The notes below the pieces were generated by a model, which saw nothing but the letters and a program-made list of their open reading frames with translations, had not been told where the DNA came from and did not search any database. Positions 55,401 through 62,904 of a stretch of DNA of 64,000 bases are shown here, piece by piece. The translations under genes were made by a program, and so were the position numbers. This DNA comes from a bacterium (GTDB lineage Bacteria; UBA8248): contig OZ241875.1 of NCBI GenBank assembly GCA_965203325.1, positions 1,056,001-1,120,000 on the forward strand. The letters run 5' to 3'. The first letter of the stretch is position 1, and the number at the start of each line of letters is the position of its first letter.

Positions 55401-55783
55401 TGGCGTCTGAAGGAAATGGAAAAGGGCTCCAGATATTCCTGTCCATCCTGAGCATCGCCGGCTTAGGTGTCGCCGCCTACACGCCGCTCTACAACCAGAT
55501 CGTGAACGTGGAAAGGCGTCTGGCGGCCCACATGGCCGAGCGGGGCCACTCCTGGCTTTTGGAGAAAAACGCGGGCGCGCGCGTCCGCTTCCGGGAAGTG
55601 GAAACCCGGTTGCGGGAGGCGAAGACGATCGCCGATCTCGAATTCCGTGAACTCAAAGCGATTTCCGTGAAAAAAACGCGCGGGGACGCGCAAACCTTCG
55701 CGCAAATACTTCGCCGCCTGCGCGAGGTCGAAACCGCGCTCGCCAGACTCGACGAGCGCCTGAACAAGGAGCGTCAACCATGA
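55400..55783 (+). CDS. Membrane-anchored coiled-coil protein (holin/spanin-like position)
   Basis: TGATG overlap; TM segment IFLSILSIAGLGVAAY; coiled coil ending LARLDERL. Confidence 0.45.
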   Translation: MASEGNGKGLQIFLSILSIAGLGVAAYTPLYNQIVNVERRLAAHMAERGHSWLLEKNAGARVRFREVETRLREAKTIADLEFRELKAISVKKTRGDAQTFAQILRRLREVETALARLDERLNKERQP

Positions 55784-55902
55784 TTCCTTATCTTCTCGCG
55801 GCGCTTTTCTCGGCCGCCGCCGTCTTTTGCGTCATCGCGGTGGTCGAGCCGCGCCTCATCACGAACCACCTGTGGCATTTCATCAACCCCTGGGCGGATT
55901 AG
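55780..55902 (+). CDS. 40-aa single-TM protein, below the ORF-track cutoff
   Basis: SD AAGGAG and ATGA overlap; MIPYLLAALFSAAAVFCVIAVVEPRLITNHLWHFINPWAD. Confidence 0.6.
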   Translation: MIPYLLAALFSAAAVFCVIAVVEPRLITNHLWHFINPWAD

Positions 55903-55954
55903 CGCACCCCGCTGCGCACCCCATCCAGCATCTCGTTCATGAATAGGGGATTCC

Positions 55955-57634
55955 ATGCCGAAGCACGTCCACAAGATATCGGTGATAAAGAAAATCGACC
56001 TGAACTCCGGGAACAGCCTGAAAGCGCTCGACCGCTTCACCAAGGCGGCGGGCCGGGCGAGAATCGCCACGGAAAAACTCAAGGCCGAAATGCATGGGTC
56101 CCGGAGCGCGCTCGAAAAATCGAGCCGCGCCTTCGTGAGGTCTTCAGAACGCCTCCAGAGAGTCGGCGCTTCGTCCACCGATGCCGCCGAGGGGATGCAC
56201 TCCCTGTGGAGGAATGCGGAACGAGCCGGCTCCCGACTCGCCTCCGGCCCGCTCACGAGGGGTCTCGATGAGGTCAAGGCGAAAGCCGCCGCCCTGCCCG
56301 CTTCTTTCCGGGTCGCCGGAAGGGCGGTGAACGACTTCGCCTCGGCGAGCGAGCAGACGCTCACCCGGTTTTTCTCGAGCGTCCTCACCGGCAAAATCGA
56401 CAGCGCCAAGGACCTGTTCAGCGACCTCAAGAACCACGCCATCAACATGGTTCGGAACGCCGCCGCCGAGATGGCGAGCACGCAGTTCATCAAGCCCGCG
56501 GTGGGCGCACTCCAGGATTTGGGGCTGAACCTGGTGGGCGATCTGGGGAAGGGGCTGCTCAGTGTATTCGGATTTTCCAAGGGAGGTCTGGTGAAAAAGC
56601 CCACCCTGGGCGTGATTGGCGAGGCGGGGCCGGAACTCGTCGTGCCGCTGGCGAAAATCGGCGGCGAGGCGGGCCTCATGCGGCTTTTCCAGTCCGTCTC
56701 CGAACTCGAGGCGGCCAACCGCATCGGCGGCACGGCGGTGGCCACCGCCGCAGGCGAAAAGGCGAGCGGCGCGCTGGCCGCGCGGATTGCGGCGACGAAA
56801 GCAGCGGCGGCCCTGCGGGTCGCTTTTTCGGCGCTGGACTTCCTGAGCGGCCCCAAGACACTGAAAACAGGGGCGAACCTGGCCATCAACGTCGCGGGCG
56901 CCGTCCCCGCGCTCGCGGGCGCCACCGGCCTCGCCGCCTTCGGGCCGGCGGCGGGCGCTTTTCTGCTCACCGACGTCCTGTTCAACAAGGGCGGCGCCAT
57001 CAAACAGGTGCTCTCCTTCCTGGGCTTCAAGGGCTTCCGGGACAGGTCCACCCCCTTCACTCGGGGAATCGCGAATCTCGCGCAGGCAGCCGGGCTGTAC
57101 ATCGCGCTCGATAAATTCCAGAAAACCGGCGTAGCGGATGAAGCGCGGCTCCTCTCGCTTCCCAAGGCGGTCTACGAAGGCCGGATGAGCGTGGACCCCC
57201 CTTTGCTGGAAAAAGCGGGCCTCACGTTTCAGCTCATTCAAAGGGCGGCCGGGAAGGCGGGCATCTCGCCCCAGGAGGGAGTGAAGCGGTATTTCGGCCA
57301 AAGCCTCTACTCATCATATTTGGGGGCGTTGCCCGTACTCATCGATGAAGGCGACGCGGCGGGGCGTTTCGTCAAGCGCTCAGCACTCAGGCTCGTGGGC
57401 GAGGCGGGGCCCGAGCACATCATGAACGTGAACCACCCGCAATCGATCGACTTCTTTCAGCGCGGCGTGCGGCCCATCATCCGCGACGCGATACGGGAAG
57501 AAACCGGCGGGGGCAACAGCCACGTATACCATATTCACATCGAAGGGAACCTGAGCGACAACCGCACGCTGGAGAAGCTCTCGCGCAAGCTCGAGGACAT
57601 CAACAGGCGCCGCCGCCGCTACGGGCGGGGGTAG
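55955..57634 (+). CDS. Phage tail tape measure-like protein
   Basis: Ala/Gly/Leu-rich and helical; FGFSKGGLVKKPTLGVIGEAGPELVVPL motif, a second GEAGPE copy, and YHIHIEG beta-strand plus terminal helix typical of TMP C-termini. Confidence 0.72.
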   Translation: MPKHVHKISVIKKIDLNSGNSLKALDRFTKAAGRARIATEKLKAEMHGSRSALEKSSRAFVRSSERLQRVGASSTDAAEGMHSLWRNAERAGSRLASGPLTRGLDEVKAKAAALPASFRVAGRAVNDFASASEQTLTRFFSSVLTGKIDSAKDLFSDLKNHAINMVRNAAAEMASTQFIKPAVGALQDLGLNLVGDLGKGLLSVFGFSKGGLVKKPTLGVIGEAGPELVVPLAKIGGEAGLMRLFQSVSELEAANRIGGTAVATAAGEKASGALAARIAATKAAAALRVAFSALDFLSGPKTLKTGANLAINVAGAVPALAGATGLAAFGPAAGAFLLTDVLFNKGGAIKQVLSFLGFKGFRDRSTPFTRGIANLAQAAGLYIALDKFQKTGVADEARLLSLPKAVYEGRMSVDPPLLEKAGLTFQLIQRAAGKAGISPQEGVKRYFGQSLYSSYLGALPVLIDEGDAAGRFVKRSALRLVGEAGPEHIMNVNHPQSIDFFQRGVRPIIRDAIREETGGGNSHVYHIHIEGNLSDNRTLEKLSRKLEDINRRRRRYGRG

Positions 57635-57693
57635 GCATTTACCCGCATTTGCGCGCATCCGGGCCCCGCATTTCCCCGCAAATCCCCGCATTT
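57635..57693 (+). repeat. Tandem 10-bp-period CCCGCATTT array, including the right 19-bp direct repeat
   Basis: GCA at 57635/57645/57655 and CCCCGCA at 57664/57674/57684; begins at the base after the TMP stop. Confidence 0.8.
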
Positions 57694-58050
57694 CCACTCG
57701 GAAATTTTCAGCAATTTACCGGCTCCGCCTCGCGTGATCCGCCAATCTCCTTGTCACCTTTTGTCGCATGACAGTTCAGATACAGAATCCCTTACATAGC
57801 TGCACAGGGTTTGGATTTCAAATAATGCTTATGTATTGATTGGTTTGTTCGAGACGCATGTGTCGACTAAGCGAATACGACATGAAATCGCTTGGGTACG
57901 TGCGAGTTTGAATTCGCCCGCTTCCGCTTTGATTGCATCTTACAAAATACGAATCCCGAGCGAAGTTTCCAAAAACCAATACCTGCAACAGTTTCAATAA
58001 ACTACAAGGACTCCACCCCCGTTGGAATTCCCCCACTGTCTGAAAACACG

Positions 58051-58450
58051 CAACAACTCCGAGCGAAAGCACCGCCCCACCCCCGACCTGTCCCGCATCC
58101 GGGGAACACGAACCCGCACCGCACCGACACCCGTCAAAACCTCCCGCGACGGCAGGTAGCCGCCCAGCACCACCGTGCGACGGCCTCGCGTGTCTCGCTC
58201 GGTAGAATGCTCTTCCAGAAAGGCCCCCAACTCCGCTTCCACCGTCTGGCGGATGATTCGCTGCGCGCCTTCGCGCACCAGTTCGCTCAACTCGTCTCGA
58301 AAGGCTGGATTCGTAAAGGGAATCGTCGTATCTTCGTGCATGGTGGCGCATCTCCTATTTGCTGAATGACAGGGCTTCTCACAACCCCATTCCAGCAGGA
58401 ATGCGCCGCCTTCTTCAATTCAACCCATACACAAGATCTGAGGGTAACTC
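58051..58450 (-). mobile_element. Truncated IS256-family element (left end plus about 97 codons of transposase)
   Basis: ATG at 58341: DELSELVREGAQRII...VEAEL..FL...GYLP.REVLTGVG.V.VRVPR.RDR...FRS, after which similarity stops. IR-like end GAGTTACCCTCAGATCTTGTGTATGG at 58450-58425. Confidence 0.85.
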
Positions 58451-58468
58451 CATAATATAGTGTCATTC

Positions 58469-60469
58469 CTAAAACGCCCCGGTGACGCCGACGAGGAAGA
58501 CATCGGTGCGCGCCGAGGCGTCACTGTGCGTTTGGTCCGGCATTATCTCGCCGCTTTCGTCCTTGATGTTGCCGCCGCTGATGAAGTCCAAGGGTGTGTA
58601 TCCATCGACACGGATGTATTCGGCAAAGAGCTTCACGCTGGGCCGGGGCAACCAGGCCACGCCCAGGGCAAGCTGGTTCTGGCGCTCCCACGGCGCGTCA
58701 TCCGGACCGGCGACGAATCGGCTGAGTTCGATGGAAAAATCCAGAGGGCCGCGACTGGAGTCGTACCGGTATCCGGCCCCGACCCTGAAGCTCGTCACCT
58801 TGCTCGCCGGGAATTGCGGGATGCCGGGGTTGAATGTAGCGGGCCACTCATTCACCGTACGGATGAACTCGCCCCCGATATTGAGATTGTCATGGACGAG
58901 TTTTCCGTAAACGCCTGAAGCCGGGTTGTTGTCCTTGCAGGGCGCGAAGTGAACAACCGGAAAATCCTGGCAATAAGCCGTCCCGCGCAGGTATGACCCT
59001 CCCAGGAGAAACGTGCCCCAGGAAGCGAGTTCTATCGTATAGTTCGCGTTCACGGCGAAGTTGTTCAGTTTGCTCGGGACGGCGGTTCCGTTCACCGGGG
59101 TGTTTACGGCCCTGAACTGCGCTCCTCCCTGCACGCCCATGAAGGAGAGGTTCAACCCGTCGCTGGAATAGCCCAGCTTCAAGCCGTTGGCCAGCCCTCC
59201 GAAGGCGTGCCAGACGCTCGAGGCGGAGAACGGATTGACGGTATCTGTGAGACCGAAGGGAATCGCCATCTTGCCCAGGCTGGCATAGAGCGGCGACCTG
59301 TCGAGATTTCCGATCAGGACCCAGGCGCGCCGCAATTGCAGCTGGTTGCGTTCCAGGTCCGTATTGGTTCCCTGGCCGAAACTCTGTTGCGGATCATAGA
59401 GAATCTCGGCGTTGGCGGTAATCCACCCGCCGAGCGCACCCGTGAATCCGAGTTGCGCCGAATGGATCGCCGCCTCGGAAACCACGGTCCCCGCCTGATT
59501 CTTTCCGGTCGGGTGGCGCATCAGGTATCCGAACTTGTTCTCCCTGTTGCTCGACTGGTAATCGGCTATCGCGGTGACCGCACCGTGCAGGTGAACGCTG
59601 TCCGGGGCGAGTACGCCCTCTTGCTTGCGCTGGAGTACCAGGCGTTGCTTGGAGTTGATGTTCGTCGTCGGGTCGAGGATCTCGTAGCCGAATTGCGGGT
59701 CGATCCGGATGAATCCGGTTTTGGCTCTCGCGGGCGCAGCCTCCCTCGCGGATACATCCATTGACAGGTCGCCCGAAGCGTAGCGGACGAAGCCGCCCGC
59801 TTCCACTTGCGCGGAGCCTCCCTCGAGCGAAGGCGTCAGCACGAGGTTCTCCCCGAAGCGCGACGAGCGTGAGCCTTCGGGCGGTACGCGAACGCGGCTT
59901 GCATCCCCGTCAACTCCGGGCAGGCCCGGCGCCGCCTCGCCGGTATCCGCCGGCGTCGTGGCCGTGGCGACCGCAGAGGGAGGCCCCGCTCCCGACTCGC
60001 CGACCGCCGAGACGCGGTAGTGATACGTCGTGCCTCCCGGGAGGCCCGAGTGCCAGTACTCCGTGTCACTGACGCCCGTCTCGGGGACAAGGTCGCTCCA
60101 GCCCGCCTCCTCTTCGCGGACCTCTATCCGGTAGGTCAGGAACGCCGATTCGCTGACCGGAGGTGCGCGCCAGGACAGGAAGATGACCGAAGATCCCTCC
60201 GCCCGCGCCGTGAGGCCGCCGGGCGCGATCGCCGCCGCGCCGTTGACCAGAGTGGCGGCCTGGGCATGGGCCAGCCCGGCGGAGGCCGGCGCCATGACGG
60301 CGAGGAGAACGAGACACGCCGCGAGACTGCTCCGCCACAAGGTCAGGGGCCGCCGGTCGGGGGGGATACAGGCGGGTGTTCGGCTTCTTCGGTCTCGAGC
60401 CCAATCATGACTTCCGGCTCCGGGCACAGTCGCAACTCCCGGCTCTTCAAGGGACGATGGGTGCATCAA
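58469..60469 (-). CDS. Fibronectin type III domain fused to an outer-membrane beta-barrel (LbtU-like porin)
   Basis: Signal-peptide-like segment (..LAHA-Q); FN3 (LSWRAP...YRIE...GL.GGTTYHYRVSAV); barrel with alternating strands, GKMAIPFG and terminal Phe. True start probably downstream of 60469. Confidence 0.7.
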   Translation of the reverse strand: MMHPSSLEEPGVATVPGAGSHDWARDRRSRTPACIPPDRRPLTLWRSSLAACLVLLAVMAPASAGLAHAQAATLVNGAAAIAPGGLTARAEGSSVIFLSWRAPPVSESAFLTYRIEVREEEAGWSDLVPETGVSDTEYWHSGLPGGTTYHYRVSAVGESGAGPPSAVATATTPADTGEAAPGLPGVDGDASRVRVPPEGSRSSRFGENLVLTPSLEGGSAQVEAGGFVRYASGDLSMDVSAREAAPARAKTGFIRIDPQFGYEILDPTTNINSKQRLVLQRKQEGVLAPDSVHLHGAVTAIADYQSSNRENKFGYLMRHPTGKNQAGTVVSEAAIHSAQLGFTGALGGWITANAEILYDPQQSFGQGTNTDLERNQLQLRRAWVLIGNLDRSPLYASLGKMAIPFGLTDTVNPFSASSVWHAFGGLANGLKLGYSSDGLNLSFMGVQGGAQFRAVNTPVNGTAVPSKLNNFAVNANYTIELASWGTFLLGGSYLRGTAYCQDFPVVHFAPCKDNNPASGVYGKLVHDNLNIGGEFIRTVNEWPATFNPGIPQFPASKVTSFRVGAGYRYDSSRGPLDFSIELSRFVAGPDDAPWERQNQLALGVAWLPRPSVKLFAEYIRVDGYTPLDFISGGNIKDESGEIMPDQTHSDASARTDVFLVGVTGAF

Positions 60470-60663
60470 TCTTCCTGTCGGGAATTCTCATCTCCACACG
60501 GAGCGACAGACGCCTCCCCGGAGGATGCAAATAAATCCACTTTATTCACCGATAAGTATACAAAATCCACCTGTCTTTAGCGTATCTTTTTCGTCTCTTT
60601 TCATGCCTCTTTCATGTATGCTTGCGTTTTTTGCCGTATTTTCTGCTCCGGGAGGGAAGAACG

Positions 60664-61093
60664 ATGAACGGATGCGACGACGCGGGGCGCATCCGGGCCG
60701 AGAGCGCAGACGCGGGCCTCGGGGCGCGTTTCACCTTCACGCTGCCGGCGGAGGAGGAGACCGGAGCGGCGGGCGCGCCGCCCGCGCACGGCAGGGGGAG
60801 TGAACCCGCTCGCGTCCTGGTGGTGGACGACGACCCCGAGACGCTGCGCCACGCCCGCGAGGCGCCCGAGCTGGCCGACCTGCCGGTCATCTTCATCTCG
60901 GCCTACGGGCATGAGGAGACCGTCGTGCGTGCGCTCGATGGTCTGGGGGAGGCGCGAGGACGCGGGCGTGCAGGCGGTGCGCAACTTCGTGAAGAAGCTC
61001 CGCCGCAAGCTCGGCGACGACCCCGCGCAGCCCGCCTTCATCCACAACGTGCGCGGCGTCGGCTACCGCATGCCGAAGCCCGGCGAGACGTAG
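60664..61093 (+). pseudogene. Multiply deleted hybrid histidine kinase/receiver/OmpR-type wHTH gene
   Basis: Consecutive fragments GRIRAES..GLGARFTFTLP, RVLVVDDDPETLR and LPVIFISAYG, then in another frame VWG...VRNFVKKLRRKLGDD...IHNVRGVGYR. Confidence 0.8.
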
Positions 61094-61225
61094 CAATCCC
61101 CAACACGGGCCCGCCGTGATGCGCTGGAGTTGGAACGAGTCCGCTTTCGGCTTGTTTACGGACTCTTCAGGGCTGGTTCGAGAACGGGCCGGTAGCAGTT
61201 ATGAAAAATGAATATACAGAAATGA

Positions 61226-61238
61226 TATCAACGCGTTA
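61226..61238 (+). promoter_or_regulatory. Possible IHF-binding site
   Basis: TATCAACGCGTTA matches WATCAANNNNTTR with an AT-rich upstream tract. Confidence 0.35.
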
Positions 61239-61298
61239 CGGGAACTCCGCAGTAAAGGGAAAAAGACCGGCATCCCTGGATATCTGGATTTTCCGGGA

Positions 61299-61341
61299 AT
61301 TTACGGAAAAACCCCGCAAATTTATCGAATTTTATCGAATT
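61299..61341 (+). repeat. 43-bp dispersed repeat, copy 2
   Basis: 36/43 identity to 35761-35803; contains TTTATCGAAT twice in tandem. Confidence 0.8.
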
Positions 61342-61355
61342 GTTTACTATTTCCC

Positions 61356-62489
61356 CTAAAGCAGACTCACCACCCGTTCGAGTTCTTCTTCGGTGTTATA
61401 GAAATGCGGCGCGAAGCGAAGGCCGTTGTTGCGCGCGCTGGCGATGACTCTCTTCTCGCGCAGGCGCGCCGCCGCCTTGGGCGGATCGGGCGACTCGATG
61501 CTCACGATGGCGGCGCGCTGCTCCCAGGGGCGAGGCGTCAGAATCTTCTCGCCCCGCCTCTCCAACAACTCCATCAGATACGTCGTCAGCCCCCGCACGC
61601 GCGCCTCGACCTGAGCAAGCCCCACTTCTGCCAGGAACTCGACCGAGCGGCCGAGCACCCATAATCCCAGATAATTCTGGTTCCCGATCTCGAAGCGGCC
61701 GGCGTCCGGGGCCAGTCCGACCTCCATCCGGGGACGCGCTTCAGGCACCATGCTGGCGCGGGCATAGAAAGGGGGCTTCATCCCGGGAATCAGGTCTTCG
61801 CGGCAATAGAGAAAACCCGTGCCCGGCAGGCCGAGCAACCCCTTGTGCCCGCCGCAGACCACGATGTCCGCCCCGAGGACAGGCAGCGACGCCGAGAGGA
61901 TTCCGACCCCCTGAATCGCGTCCGTCATCAAGACGACCCCGCGCTCGCGGCAGGCCGCGCCCAGAGCGGGCAGGTCCACCCGGCAGCCCGTGCCGAAAGT
62001 CACGTAGGAGACCGCCACGACGCGCGTTCGCTCGTCCATCGCTTCGATGAACGCCTCCACGGAGGGGTAGCCGTCCCCGTTTCGCACCCACCTGAGTTCG
62101 ACGCCGTTTTCCTCCAGGCGCTTCCAGGCGTACACCTGGTTCGGGTGGTCCATTTCCGCCTGGATGACGTTGTCCCCCGCCTTGAGATCGAGTGCCTGCG
62201 CGGCGATGTTCAATCCCTCCGACGTGTTCTTGATGAACGCGAGCGCTCCCGGCGATACGCCTAGGAGCGATGCCAGTGAGGTGCGGATCTCCTCCACGCG
62301 CAGCTTGGAGAAGGCTTCCCGGACGCCGCCTTCGTTCATCTCCCGCAGGAAATCGGGGATGGCGTCTTGGGCGCACCGGGGAAGGGGCGCCTTGTTGGCG
62401 AGGTCGAGATAGGTCCAGTTCCGGGTGACGGGAAACGCTTCTCGCAGCGCCGCAAAATCAGGAGCAACCGCCCCCTGTTGTTCGTTCAT
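61356..62489 (-). CDS. Class V PLP-dependent aminotransferase family enzyme
   Basis: NTSEGLN, DAIQGVG, GGHKGLLG (PLP lysine), RFEIG, LRFAPHFYNT. Confidence 0.9.
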   Translation of the reverse strand: MNEQQGAVAPDFAALREAFPVTRNWTYLDLANKAPLPRCAQDAIPDFLREMNEGGVREAFSKLRVEEIRTSLASLLGVSPGALAFIKNTSEGLNIAAQALDLKAGDNVIQAEMDHPNQVYAWKRLEENGVELRWVRNGDGYPSVEAFIEAMDERTRVVAVSYVTFGTGCRVDLPALGAACRERGVVLMTDAIQGVGILSASLPVLGADIVVCGGHKGLLGLPGTGFLYCREDLIPGMKPPFYARASMVPEARPRMEVGLAPDAGRFEIGNQNYLGLWVLGRSVEFLAEVGLAQVEARVRGLTTYLMELLERRGEKILTPRPWEQRAAIVSIESPDPPKAAARLREKRVIASARNNGLRFAPHFYNTEEELERVVSLL

Positions 62490-62555
62490 CGAATTTCTCC
62501 CGTTAGATAAGTCGGTAAACCCTTATTCGGATGATTATATACAATCCTGCCCGAA

Positions 62556-62735
62556 GGGGTTGTTGAAAAAGCCCTGATTTCGTGATTTGTCGTATGGAGA
62601 TGAGGGAATGACGATCAAAACCGCACCGCCTCATCCTGAATAGCGGCGAAGCCGCATATCGAAGGCCAAACGCGATTGATGAACGAGTGTTTGCTCTCGC
62701 CACGGCGCGAGCCTCTCGCCCTTCGATACGCCGCC
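62556..62735 (+). mobile_element. Truncated MITE/REP-like palindromic element
   Basis: End GGGGTTGTTGAAAAA; TCATCCTGA; hairpin GCGGC-GAA-GCCGC; inverted arms TATCGAAGG (62657) and CCTTCGATA (62720). Confidence 0.5.
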
Positions 62736-62904
62736 GTTCGGATTTGCGCTGTTTTACATGAAGGGCGTGGGCCCACCCCAGGTCAAGATCCAGCAGGTCT
62801 GCACCGGAATCATTCCGTTCGTGCTTCTGCAACTGACCGGACGGGCGCTTATCATGGCATTTCCGGAAATCGCCATGCGGCTGCCGAGACAGCTGCTCAA
62901 TTGA
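62728..62904 (+). pseudogene. dctM: C-terminal fragment of TRAP transporter large permease
   Basis: Manual translation TPPFGFALFYMKGVGPPQVKIQQVCTGIIPFVLLQLTGRALIMAFPEIAMRLPRQLLN*; no upstream part is present. Confidence 0.85.

Noticed and set aside
51877..57301. Long minus-strand ORFs (565, 463 and 385 aa) over the cassette
   Set aside because: The plus-strand ORFs have SD sites, translational coupling and recognisable motifs; these are shadows.
50921..57634. Contractile injection system, T6SS or complete prophage
   Set aside because: No sheath, tube, VgrG/PAAR, baseplate J, capsid, portal, terminase or integrase was recognised.
57635..57693. Tandem repeats as a CRISPR array or iteron origin
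   Set aside because: Units are about 10 bp with no spacers, and there is no cas or rep gene nearby.
61165..61195. GGTTCGAGA resembling a tRNA T-loop
   Set aside because: No supporting cloverleaf stems or CCA end.
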